DNA of 64,000 nucleotides, from positions 1,550,001 to 1,614,000 of the forward strand of contig VJWM01000019.1 of assembly GCA_010909165.1 (NCBI GenBank), given 5' to 3'. The translations under genes and the position numbers were made by a program. The DNA comes from Anthoceros angustus (Eukaryota > Plantae > Anthocerotophyta). How positions within the stretch are numbered: the first letter of the stretch is position 1; each line of letters opens with the position of its first letter. The notes under the pieces were generated by a model. That model did no database searches. It worked only from the letters and a program-made list of their open reading frames with translations, and was not told the origin of the DNA. Shown here piece by piece: positions 51,071 through 63,178 of this stretch.

Positions 51071-52166
51071 AATCCATGTGCGAGAACTCTAACTGACCCG
51101 GGAAGAGTGTTCATCATCTGTAGTCATTAAAAGAGTCTCATCACGAGACACGAGAGTATGAGTCCCCACAGGACTCACTCACCGGGCAGGCTTTGACTCT
51201 CATCTTCCTCCTCTTGGAAGGATCGGGCTTCAAGGAACGGTGGGTCTTCTCCCACTGCCTTCTTGCCTTGCCTGAGATTTTGTCTTCAGACTGGAGGTCA
51301 GACTCTTCTTCGATGCGTATGTTAGATCCTGCACAAACAGTGGGAGCTAGGTTAGCCTCTCACACACACACAAAAGCAGTAAAATCATGAGGAATGGAAT
51401 TTGGGACTTACTATACGTGCTAACAACATGGTGAGGATACGCCCGGCAATCTTCAACTTTGATACGGGCGCATCTTTTTAATCGCCACATGAACCCTATA
51501 CCACATAGGGGTGCGAGGGTGCTTCATGGTGCCGTAGGAGACAATTTGGGTTTCCTTGAGCAGTCTGTGGCTTGGGAAAGCTTGGGTCCTCACAAGGGTT
51601 AGCCGTTCTCGGAAAAGCCAAAATCGGGTGAACATGTGCGGATTTGCTTTTACTCTTGTTGCCGCTCTTGGCCTAGAAGGAGTGACACGCGAAGAAGGGC
51701 CGCCCATGTTTCTTGTTTGCAGCCTCTGTCGCTGCGAAACTCCTTGGTGGTTCCTTTGGGCGCCCGTTCTCTTCACGCCCCTTTAAGCTGCGGGGAAGTT
51801 GAAGTCTCCTCTTGGTCATGAGCTCTAGCAAAAGCGGCCTAGAGCATTTACGGGCCTGCGGTTTCTTGGGCAAAGTACCCTCGGACTACGAAGCGGTGGC
51901 GCCATCTCGATATGGCTCGGGTGAAACCTTCTCTCAAGGCGATCGATGCATATGAGGCAAGGGCGTAAAGGAGAATTATAAAGGGAGCCAACACTACTCA
52001 TTTGGCTTCACACTAGACATTCCATAGTGTCCGTAAAGACATGAAGATGGGGCGTAAGCTCTACCACCACAAGATGGCAAAACCGGAAGATTGGCAAAAC
52101 CCGGAGCTCAACTCCATGAGCCTCACGAGCAATTCATCGACTCTAACTATTTACAACAAGTGGGAG

Positions 52167-52423
52167 TAATGATATACAATGTTGATATCATAGTTAGGGT
52201 TTAGGGTTTAAGTTATCCATATATTACCAAGATATGATAAGCTAGGGTTTACTAGATATGGTGTCGTTTCATTAGGGTTACGTCTCTAAGTGAATAGATA
52301 CAACGTTTCATTAAATCTAGTTTAGTTGTCTTCTCATGCATAAGCAACTTACTTCTTTCTTGATCCAACAATGTAATTATTCTATAATGTTTAATTGATC
52401 TACATTAGACCATAAAATCTTCA
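52167..52423 (+). repeat. copia 3' LTR
   Basis: Preceded by PPT aagtgggag (52158-52166) and followed by TSD GGTAT. Confidence 0.92.
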
Positions 52424-52986
52424 GGTATGTGTACAGGTGCGGAGGCCGGACCCTAACGCGTGGTGGTGTGTGTACAGGTGCGGAGGCCTCCGGACCCCTG
52501 TTCCTCTCGGACAGAGGTTCGACGACCGATGGACCGGAGTGGGCACGATTAGCCCACTCCGAGAGGGGCGTGCAGAGCCCGGACGGAGAGACCTGGTGGA
52601 CGCGGCGCGGAGGTCTGCAGCCTACAAATGCTTGATCATGAACCTCAACTGGCATATTAGGTGCAAGCAAGAACGGTAGGAAAAACAAAGTGAGGGAGGG
52701 GGTAAGTGAAGATCGGTAGATTTCGGATGCAAACGGGTCCTTAAACGTTTGGCCATCCTGGGCCTGTATGGTGAACGAGTAGGGCGATGTAAGGAAGGGT
52801 AGACTAGCCGCAGTTCGAGTGGACGAATGAGTAGAGGCGGGGTACCTCAAGTAAACCATCGTCCCTTAACGGCGGAGAGCGTTTGGTAACGGAACGTGCA
52901 AGACATTCCCTTGGGAACGGACCCCATATTGCAGCGACACGGGACTGGTGTGCGCCCGGCTGGCCGTCAGCACAAGTAACACCATA

Positions 52987-53152
52987 GTAGGCCTTTCCTT
53001 ATTCCTGACCATGACATACTTGGGACGGTTGGTAGTTTCGGGTTGGATATTTGGGGGGGCTAGCCCCCGCCTGGCCCTTGATCCTTTAATGGGTTGTTCC
53101 CCATCAGCTCTGGGTAGATGAGTTTTCTCATTTCTTCTTTTCTATGAAGTCT
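52987..53152 (+). mobile_element. 5'-truncated 3' end of the same CRE-like LINE family as 21964-22640, opposite orientation
   Basis: gtaggcctttccttat...gggggctagccccc...ctttaatgggttgt...aagtct aligns with the reverse complement of ~21964-22130. Confidence 0.75.
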
Positions 53153-54350
53153 CAAGTTTGATCTCAACCACGAAACTAAAGATCGAATTATGTCGTGCAA
53201 GCCTTAAAATCTTGACCATCCGTTTTGTGCCCGTGCTTGCAAGCTCTTAAAATCTAGAATACAAGAGCACATCCCTGCAAGTTAAGGTCATAAATGATTG
53301 AGGGATAGAAAATAACTTAAAAATATTGTAAAATACATACCACGAGGTTTGCGATAATGTGTAGTACGTAAGTCTTTAATTTTAATACTATATTATGATA
53401 ATGTGTAGTACGTAAGTCTTTAATTTTAATACTATCTAATATATATAATAATTATGAAACTGCGAGGTTTGAAAAAAATGCTCTTGGGCTCTACTTGCCG
53501 CCACCTTGAGCGCCACGTGTATGGCGTTTGGAAATGAACGCTCCACACTCCGGTGTGGAATGGCCTTTCCACCGGGATTCATGAAATCGTGTGTTCCTCT
53601 CACCATTATGATATTCTTGACCATCGTTGCCTTGAGCTCCCTGATCGTGACTAGGCATCTATCATACCACCACACACATGCCATAGTCTGGGCCCAAGCC
53701 ATGGACAACATCAAGTGCTATGAGGTTGTTAGATTCCTGGCCGCTCTCAAGAGCCTCATGCATTGTAGAGATGTGCCGAGTTTCGGTATTCGTACCACTT
53801 GTCTCAACAATTCATAGGTGCTTCTTTCCTTTCCGTTTCTTCCCGTTTGTTGAGGTGTTTATTAGGCGGCAAAGACTGCCAGGCTCTCATCAATGCATTA
53901 ATGAGCATATCACAAAATTGAACTCCCTCATGCTAGACTCTCCTTCCCAAAGCTCAAGGCAACCTTCAATATTGGGCTCATTTTCACTCTTCATAAGAAT
54001 GTGTCTCACTCATGGATGGGTGTGCCCTAATCTAAGATGTTGTACTTGTACTTGTTTGATTCCAAATCGGAGATTAGTCCCATTCCATGCTTGGCTAGCT
54101 ACCAAATTAGGAACAGAGACTACAAACTCCATCTTGGGAAGGCTTGTTTATGTTATCGATCCAAAACTCACCACCCACATCTGTGTGTGGAGAAACTAAA
54201 GAATTGGAGCCTCTACTTGGAGAGGGATTGGAGCCTACATATGAAAAGGATTGGGAGCCTGAGGCTTTTCATAATGCCTCTATTGAGTTGGATGGCGCCG
54301 AGAATTATCGCTACAGTTGTCACATGGAAACATGGATGAACTGCACGCAG

Positions 54351-56076
54351 AACAGCGTCTGTTTAGAAAGGGGTTTCTCCTGAAACCCCTTTTTGCACAC
54401 GGACTTGGCCGGACCCCTTTTTGCACTTGAAAAAATCCGCACTATAATCGGGCTTTTTGATATTTCTCTGCATACATGTTACCCGCAACCTTTTGAATAA
54501 TTGTTTTGATACACGTTATTTGAGATTGTAGATTGCAAGTACGTGGCAAAAACCTAAAGTCCCATTCTCGTTCGGCTTTTTTTTCAAACTGGACACAAAA
54601 TTCGCGCGCAAACTTATGCGCGCACTTACATCTAAACAGTCTCCAACATCTGGCAATCATTGCCAGGTGTTGGACGTATACAAACATTTAGAGTTTTTAG
54701 GGCTTGCTGTAATTCTGGTGCGCAAACTTGTTTGCGCACCTACCTTTCATTCATACTAGTCAATCCTATGACTATACTCTCGCTCCGAGAATTTTACAGG
54801 ACTTTGTTCCTTAGACATTGGGACAATAATATCTTCTTTGGCCTGATGCTCTTGATCCACGTCTAGTGCGAGAATGAGAGTGGCATGGTGCACTTAGAGC
54901 CGCCAAACGCGTCTCAAGATTCAAAAGATGCAAAAGGTTCTCACTACTAGTTCAAAGTTTTAACTACTAGAAAAAGATGAGGGTTAAGTAAAGATAAGAA
55001 CATATCCACACTAGGGTGTTGCACAAAAAGGTTGAAAGCGTCGAAGGAACCCTTTAAAACAACAAATATCAAAAAATACAAAATGCAAAAATTGTCAAAA
55101 TTTTAGAGCAAGTGCACTTGCCTCAAAAACTGGACTTTTTGTAATTTTTAAGGGTTTTAGGATTTTTAAGACTTTTGCTCTTTTTTCTTTGGATGAACTG
55201 CAGGAATGCACTAGGAGGCATGAACCATTTGGGTTCATGCTTCCAGGCCCTTCTTGACCTTGGATGCATGCACTTGTGTGCACACTTGCGCCTCCTTGCC
55301 CCGGTGTGCGCACAAGTGCGCACTCGGGCATCCTGCCCCAGTGCGCGCGCATCCTGCCCCGGTGCATGCACTTGTGTGCACACTTGCGCCTCCTTGCCCC
55401 GGTGCATGCACTTGTGTGCACACTTGCGCCTCCTTGCCCCGGTGTGCACACTTGCGCCTCCTTGCCCCCCTCGGTGCATGCACTTGTTCACCCACCGGCC
55501 CCCGCATGTTTGATGATAACCCGGTACTAGGTCACACGAGACTAAACACCGTAAAGAATAAAAAGGGGATAGGGTGTTCTTCGTCGCATTAGGGCATAGG
55601 ATAGGTATATAAGAGTGGTCTAGGTGAACCTCCGCCGATGTCTGCTACTTGTTATTTTGTCGGGAGTTCCGGCACATCCTCAGACCGCCAAAAGGACATG
55701 CTTCCCCATTAGAAGATCATTTTCGCGTTCTTTTGCAGTGCATGCACAAGTTTGCACATAGCGTTGTTTAGGCGCGCTTATGCGCGCCTAGGCCCTCCCG
55801 TATACAAAACATACAAAACCACACAAAATGCGTAAACTACGGACATGACGAAATTATGGAACAATGAGGTCATCGCCCTTCATCACACCAACTAAATCGC
55901 CATGAACGAGTATGCCCGGTGTCTAAATGACTCGATAGGAAGTGGTGCCGGAGCCGAGAATGCCCGAAACCGATGGATGAACACCTACAAAAACCAACAA
56001 ATACCAAACCAACTTCAGTTTCCGGCGAAATAGGGTTGGGATTTTTTCCAAAACCTCTTTCTAAACAGACGCTGTT
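54351..56076. mobile_element. Non-autonomous TIR element, 1726 bp
   Basis: TIR aacagcgtctgtttagaaag(g/a)ggttt (26 bp, 1 mismatch). GCAG duplicated at 54347-54350 and 56077-56080. The empty site restores the frame MDELHA-DEQCVEVEVDM...MDELQA. Confidence 0.85.
55262..55490. repeat. ~40-bp minisatellite inside the TIR element
   Basis: Degenerate tandem tgcatgcacttgtgtgcacacttgcgcctccttgccccgg. Confidence 0.85.
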
Positions 56077-56958
56077 GCAGATGAACAATGTGTAGAAGTG
56101 GAGGTTGATATGGTTGATATTGTAGATATGGATGAACTCCAAGCACTCCAAGCAGAGATGCCATCGCAATGGGTGGGCGCATCACATAAGGTTTTCCAGC
56201 TCGAAGAGATTGAGGGAGGCAGCCGTGTTACAAATATCTTGCGCTTGCCTACAATGGATAAGCTTCTCGCTGCCAACTCTAAGAAGAAGAAGTCCTTTGC
56301 ACATTTGGCCAACTTATAATAGCAGATGAGTGGATCACAGCAGAGGCAAGAAGGAAGGAGGAAAAGGCTACTCTACTAGAGGAGAAACATAAGCAAGCTC
56401 ATATCCAGGAAAGATTGAGAAAGGAAGTGGTTGCAATTGAATGAAGAAACGAAAAACACGTGGCTAATTCCAAGCAAGGCCAAGAAGAAACTAGCTATGG
56501 CAAGGTGGAAAGTTGAAGCAAAGAAGAGTCAGATGTTGTTCAAGCCAACAAAGCTCCAACAAAATTGTAGGGAGAAAATCTCTCCTGAAGAGAGCCTGCA
56601 ATCTTATGCCAAGCCATTAAGCATACCAAGAGAGTATTAACATAGGGAATCAGAACCTTTGCTGAAGATTTCTCCCCCCGTTTGTTTTGATTTATTTTTA
56701 AAAATACTAATGTTTTTAAAAAAATCTCACATGCGGGTCCAGGGTTAAGGTGCGGAGCGGAGATGTAGCCCGGGATTTATTATATCTACATAAATCAATT
56801 TTTGTATGGAAAGCGGTTCCTTTCCTCCAGTTCGTTTCAAGACTTCAAAGTTACCCCGAAAACGAGTCGTGTGCAATAGGAAAACCAGAAAAGACAACAA
56901 CGCAACCCTGCCAATTGGGTTCGGGGTGGGAAACGCGCAAGCTTGGAGCCTCGCGAAG

Positions 56959-57553
56959 ATGTCACGGTGGGGAAAGCGTAAGGCTCCTGCGACTGAAGCC
57001 AAGGAGGAAGAAGAAGCTGCTTCTGACAACGGCATCACCGCCTGGGAGGTGTGTACGTTTTTTGCTGAGAACATCAAGTCAGGTCATTGTTTTGCCATTT
57101 CAGAGAAGACGCTACGCTGCACGTCCGGACTCCGGCTAAGTGGAGTCGTTTGGCAGCTGTCCAAAAACCGCAAGGTGGTGGTCAGGGAATGGAAGGGCCA
57201 GATTTTGGTTGACATCCGCGAGTTCTATACCAAAGACGGCCAGCTTCTGCCAACCAGGAAAGGTGAGCAATCCCGCACCTTCATCCGCTTCCTGGTGTTT
57301 TGCGGATGCTGCCTTCTTTGCGCTTATTTGACGGTGCCTCTTGTTTTTGCGCAGGGATATCCTTGACGTTAGAGCAGGTCAAATCCCGCAATTTCTTTGC
57401 CTCTCGTTGTTCTTTTCCCGTATGCATAGCATTTCCTTGCTCTGGCTGTCATATTCACCTACTTTATCTCATTGCCTCCAACTTGGTGTGTTGCAGTGGG
57501 GGATGTTGCGGAAGCATGCCGATGAAGTCGATTCGGCTTTGGAGGAGGTGTGA
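56959..57553 (+). CDS. KIWI: RNA polymerase II coactivator PC4/p15 family (KIWI-like), 4 exons
   Basis: MSRWGKRKA...AWE | LSKNRKVVVREWKGQILVDIREFYTKDGQLLPTRKG | ISLTLEQ | WGMLRKHADEVDSALEEV*, with GT-AG introns. Confidence 0.9.
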
Positions 57554-57713
57554 CAGAAACTAGGTGCCGTGACTTGTGTGCCCCCAATTGCTGATACACA
57601 AGTAGCATCCTTGACCAGTGGCCTGCGTTTAGAACTCAATCCATGGATGTTTGCCTCCGTTACCTGTTTTTTTGTAAGCTACCAAACGAGCAGTGAATTT
57701 TGAGGAACTGTGG

Positions 57714-57852
57714 CTGGTTTATTCGCGTTTCAGAGTACGAACACCGAAACGGGAGCAGAGCACACCTGAAGCGGCGGCACTCCGTGTCTGGTTTATTCGT
57801 GTTTCAGTGTACGAACATCGAAACGGGAGCAGAGCACAGCTGAAGCGGCGGC
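57714..57852 (+). repeat. Two ~65-bp direct repeats between PC4 and HY2
   Basis: ctggtttattcg(c/t)gtttcag(a/t)gtacgaaca(c/t)cgaaacgggagcagagcaca(c/g)ctgaagcggcggc at 57714 and 57788. Confidence 0.85.
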
Positions 57853-58009
57853 CCTGGCGGTGGCTAGTCACCAAACTACCGGATTCGATGGCGGTTCAAT
57901 ACATGTATTATTGCGTCCACCCGATAGCGCATGGCTGGTAGCCCCGGGCATGGCAGGTTCTGCACACGAAGCGTTGCTGAGGCGTCATATGGCTTGATTA
58001 TTCACAGCG

Positions 58010-59784
58010 ATGTCTGGCATCAGCTTGAGCCGCCCGAGCTGGACTCCCAGTCCGGTAGCAAAGCGCAGTTTTTTTGAGGAAAGAAGTGCGTGTTGGCTGA
58101 GCGCAGCCGGACGGACTGTGGCCTGGCAGCGAGATGGGAATGAAAGCGGGCAAGAGTGGCCTAGAAGAAGACTGTCTGCCAGCTTGGGAGCAGGATATGA
58201 AGTCGCACCTGCTTCCCCCGCAGTCTGCAGAGCCGCGTGGGGTTCGTGTGGACAGTTAGCGGACAAAGCACTCTACGATGACTTCGTTGATGCTGCGATC
58301 GAGAAGGTGCAACAGCACTCCAGAATCACTCCCTTTCTGTACCAGGTATTGGTCCTTACTCTTAAGGGCAAAGGCAGCTGAGATGTCCGGAAAGGAAGTC
58401 ACTGAAGTGTTTTGGAGTTGCTTGTTGTACAACGACAAATCATTGAAAGCATGGAGTGTGATTGTGTCGGTCAGGAACAGTTTGATCACATGACTGCTGT
58501 GGATGGTACAACTCGGGTTAGGAACTTCGCGTTTGAATCGCAAAAAATGCGTCTCTTCCGAGTCGCGGAAATCGATGGCGGAGATGCGCTACAGGTCGGG
58601 GGGTTTTTTTTTTTTTTTCCCTGCTCAGTCGCCGTGTGGTGCTGCACTGATTGCAGCTGAGGAAAGTTCTCTCCAATGCAGGTGCTGAATGTGGCCATAT
58701 TTCCCAGGCCTCAATACGATCTGCCTATCTTCTGTGCTGACTTCTTTTCTACATCAACGAGAAACATTATAGTCCTGTAAGATGTGCACGGTCTCTTATG
58801 TTCCCTCCGTTCCTTGTCTTTGAGTGCGCATCTGAGGTTCTTCTTAGTATCAATGGATGCTCATACTGGTCTCTCAACGTAGGGACTTAAATCCTCTGTT
58901 TGACACAAGACAGAATAAGAGCTACAGAGCGAAGTACTTCTCTGAACTGATGCCCTTGGGAAACAGATACGCAGAGGTGTGAAGGTTTCCAGGTTGCTTT
59001 GGTTGTTGTCTTGTTTTCTTCAATTTGTGAAGGAGCTGAAAGTTCGTCCTTGCTTGCACTGGGACCTCCCTCGCTGCAGTTGCTACCTTGGGGAGACAAA
59101 TTAACATCTGAATCATTGCGGTTCTTTTCCCCCATAGTAATTTGGACGAGGCCTGAGAGCCGTGCTGTTGTGAAAGGCGCTGTGTTTGATGCCTTTCAGG
59201 ACTATCTTGAGGTACAGTCTACTTATGTTGGGGACTTCATGATGCAGATTCATATTGAATGCAGAAGAGCAATGACAAAATTTTGCCGTGCAGGCTTATA
59301 TGACGTTGGTGGATAGTGCAATTCCTGCCACGAATGAGGGAGAGGTCCTCCACAATAAGGAGGCTCAACATCGGTATCTCATGTGGCGGGCAACCAAGGT
59401 AGGTGACACCGCCTGTTGTTTCGCGAGACTGAAGCCAGCTGGGCCTAACGTGTAGTTGTAAACGTGTTCGCAAATGATAGGATCCGGGACGGCCTGTCCT
59501 GACACGCCTTTATGGAGAGCGGTTATGTGAGGTAAGGCGGTTTGGGCAGCCCCTTGTCGAACGGCATGGATAATAAGTTGGGACATGACTATTTCACCGC
59601 TTGGTGGCAGAGCTATGTGAAGCACTTTCTGTTCAATGGTCTGGACACCCTCGGCAGCAAAAGCTTTCTGGACTACTTCCCCGAGTACACGGACTCCACA
59701 GGCTGCCTCAGTAAACAGCGTAGTATACTGGGAAAGTCTTATCCCACTCGACCCTGGGATAAAGACGGCAATTTTGTGCATTAG
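58010..59784 (+). CDS. HY2: Phytochromobilin:ferredoxin oxidoreductase (ferredoxin-dependent bilin reductase), plastid-targeted, ~8 exons
   Basis: YDLPIFCADFF, DLNPL, LLPWGDKLTSESLRFFSPIVIWTR, AQHRYLMWRATK-DPG, and the HY2-type tail FLFNGLDTLGSKSFLDYFPEY...RSILGKSYPTRPWD; S/R-rich N-terminal extension. Confidence 0.92.
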
Positions 59785-59882
59785 TAACAGCCTTCTGCTG
59801 CCATCTGTGACAATTTTGCAGCAGCTACAGCAGAGAAGGCTTAGGAAATAGCTTGTACAAAACGAGGCTTGAGGATGGGGAA

Positions 59883-62800
59883 TTATTTCGCGACTTCTTG
59901 ATCCAGGAATTGAGTGTTATCCTGAAGGTTGATTCGCACTAAATTGTATGTGCCAGCAGTATCGAGAACGGTAGTGTTGGGTAAATCTTCCAACTTCTCT
60001 TCAGACATGATCAGTGCCGATGAAACTCTGCCATGCAGTAGCCCAAGATGGCATAAGCAAGTCTCAGACAGAAGATCTTTATGCGAAGTCATCAGACGTA
60101 TCATCGAGGAAAGACCCCTTACCCTTGAGCAGCCTCATGCAGTACACGCAAAGCCTCCGAACTGCTATCGAAAAATGCTGTTGGTAATCTGCACGTACGT
60201 TAAGAGCAGGTCAGTTTGTTCAAAACGCAGCACGAAGTGCTATATGAGAAATCCGACCAGAAAAATGGGAAATCTTACTTGCTGTAAAATACAACACTTG
60301 GCATCCTGGTGCCCACCATCACCAATGGTTCGCCAGCTCGCTGTCGACAAAACACAATATCCTATCAACTTGGTTGCAGCATTGAGGACTGACGAATTTA
60401 TGTTTCTCGTCCTCTCACCTGTAGTTTTGCCGCCGTTGTGGCCAGATTCCTGAGGGGTTGTTGCCGCACTTCATCCACTACTTTGTAGACTGGATGCACA
60501 AAGGCTGCCAGGAAAATCAGCATGGTAATCGTGTGGAGAACCCATAGAGGTAACAGTTTTCTTGTGTCCAAAGGCACTGCCTGAGGAGTTTCAGAAGATC
60601 TCCCTCGAAACTTAGGCATGTAGATCGTTGCAAATTCAGACGTCCTAGTAGCAAATGTCCCAGCGATGGCGAAGATCAAGAGTCCAAGTTCGTGTAAGTG
60701 CTTCTCTCCCAGCAATACACCGATGAGAGCAGCCTGTATAGGACATTGGCCGTGTTAGAACATCCTAACATGGAACAGCATGAATATGGAACCTTAACGC
60801 TGCATAGCTACCTGTTTATCACCAGAAGCTTGAAGAAGTGCTGGAGAGAACCAGACAGCTCCGGCCATGAGTTGATACACAATAGAAGGAGCTAATCCTT
60901 TTGCAAAGTCGCCGTTCTCATCCGGTTTCTTTGAAAGATGTGCAGCCGCGAGGAGGGCCACTGCTGGGGCACTGGGAAGATAATAAGATGGTAGCTGTGC
61001 AGAGAGTTTGCGGGATTACATTAAGTACTGTGCCATCAGCTACAAATGGGAACCTGGAACAGCCATAACATTAACATACCTGTGTTGATGATAAAGCAAA
61101 GAACGTAAAACCAACAATCAACCAGACTGCAGAAAACAGTGCAAGCCTTCGTGCTCTAGAGACTTCTTGCCATTGCAGGCGTCTCCCCCAGGGATTTATC
61201 TCAGTCAGTGCTGGTGGCAAGGACACTGACCATGGCAAATACATGAGGAGCACCACTGCTAGACCATACCACCATGGCCGACCACCGTGATGATTCACCC
61301 CCTTCATAAAACGCTGCGCACGACAAGCAATAAATCCCCTTCACCTCTGCTCCCCAGAATACCTCAGCACTCCAAGCACAGCTTCAGGAGAACGATAAGA
61401 AATCACAACAGGAAATAAATCATCTGCCGAACACCTCAATGTTATGGTAACCGAAAAATGTTGATATGTACACCAGCCCATGCCGATACAGCATTGTCAA
61501 GTACCATGGCAGGTTTACAACCAGCAGAGTCAGAGTGCCTTCAACCCATGGAAGCTCCCGCCTTTCCATACGACAACAACCTCCAAGTCAGATGCAAAAT
61601 CAGACGGGTACCGAAAAGATTACTAGCTTCTCCTAAGATTACGCTTACATCAGAACCTGTTTCAGCTCTCCGGTGCAAACCAGGAAGGCGGTGCAAACCA
61701 GCACCTGCAAATCGATCAGACGGTTGAGTTGGCATATAAGTTCTGTCATTGCAGTAGTATTGACATGGTGTGCGTAACAAGGTAACAGACCGGGAAGGCA
61801 ATCCCAACGGGTCCTTTGGCAAGACAAGCCAGGCCGACGAAAAGAGCAGACAAGTAATACCCCCACTTGTACTTGCGTGGAGACTCTACAAATCCAACAT
61901 AGCCCCAGAAGAAGGTCAACAGAGCTCCAGCTATAGTGCTGGTTAGAAGCATGTCTGAAAGAGCTGTGCTCCCCCATGCCAGAACCTGCACGCATATTGT
62001 GGGTACGTGAGAACAAGGATATCCCAGAGTGCGAGCATTGCAGTTCTTGTGCAGCAGCTGACCTCCAGATTCAGTGCAAAAGCTGCTGCAGCAATTATGG
62101 CGGGCAGGTAGGATGTTAAGCATAAATCGTTATCCTCGTCCAGTGCCTTTGGTGCCAACTGCAGCGAAAACCTCCTCACGGTCACCAGGAGCCCCAAAAG
62201 CAGACCGACGCCACATAAGGCTGATGGAAGCCTGAAAGCCCAGACTTCAGGCCCTAGGATTTTCCCCTACAGACAGCAAGAAGTGGACAGCGCAATGCAA
62301 TTCACCAGTCAGAAACCAGAGAGCGAACGCATTCGCTTCTACTAGACGAGACGAAGACTCATGAACACACCCAGTGTGGAACCTTACCGACATTGCCATC
62401 AACCAATATATGAGCACGGGCTTGTCAAACCGGGGCTGTGCATTGAACTGAGGAGTGATATAATCGCCAGTTACAATCCTGCATTGCGAGCTCTTTTAAA
62501 AAGATACCTGCAGCATCCCTAGAAACTGTGACAGGACCACATGAGGCTTGAAAGATCTCATATGCGGTTCATTCACTTGTGCTTTCAAACACCATGCAGG
62601 AGCATTTACATTTGCCTAGCAGCTTCCACGAAAAGCGGTTCAGTATCATCCACCAAGCCGGCTGCTCCAAGGTTCCTCACCCAGGCCACCCCCGCCAGAG
62701 CCCCCAGAAACAGAGCTCCAGCCAGCCTTCTCCGTAGAGGACTCATCTGTCTTACAGCGCCTGCCACGTCCGGGAACTGCAAAGGTCGGTACAGGAGGCT

Positions 62801-63178
62801 CGGGAGAGACACCACTCTCCGTGTCCGAGATCTTCCTCTTCGCCGCGTTTTGTCCTGTTCACCGTCAGCTCCCTCTTCCTGCTCCTTACGAGCAGAAATC
62901 CATCCTGCTGCATTCTGTGGCAGTCGAATTCCAGTCCTGTACCTCGAGCTCATAACAATTGCTTGACGCAATTGCAATCCATAAAACTTCCTCCGCGAGA
63001 GTGCACTATTCTGTGCAGTCTTGGGCTGCTCACAGGCTTGAGTGCACGTCCCACGCTCCGGCGTACAGAAGCGCGCCCGGACGGCAGGCCTACTGTTGCT
63101 GCCTTGCTGCAGAAATCCTGCGGGAAACGCATGCATCTTGCAAAACTCCAATGGCCGCGTGCAACCCGCGGAAGCCAT
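59883..63178 (-). CDS. ArnT/PMT_2-like (GT83/GT39) polytopic membrane glycosyltransferase with N-terminal extension, multi-exon
   Basis: GLVDDTEPLFVEAARQM | IVTGDYITPQFNAQPRFDKPVLIYWL, WAFRLPSAL, LSDMLL, GLACLAKGPVG, PWY...FFGYHN, RF..VNHH..PWWY, LPSYYLP, MPSVVFYS; last exon ends at 59883. Confidence 0.85.

Larger units (their letters stand above)
27043..52423 (+). mobile_element. Full-length Ty1/copia LTR retrotransposon, interrupted by a Crypton-like insertion and by duplicated segments
   Basis: Near-identical ~257-bp LTRs at 27043-27300 and 52167-52423; TSD GGTAT at 27038-27042 and 52424-52428; PBS tggtatc(a)gagc; PPT aagtgggag. Order gag (LNLRMKDGDSVEKHV), protease (WFLDTGATAHIC), integrase, RT, RNase H. 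Confidence 0.92.

Noticed and set aside
21964-53152. Inverted ~100-165 bp match read as the TIRs of one giant 31-kb transposon
   Set aside because: The left copy is continuous with an RLE ORF end, so both are LINE 3' tails; no TSD found.
53440-56640. Decayed ORF hosting the TIR element, with IPPHTCHSL resembling the pogo DDE_1 LPPHTSHxLQP motif
   Set aside because: Only one weak motif; cannot assign.
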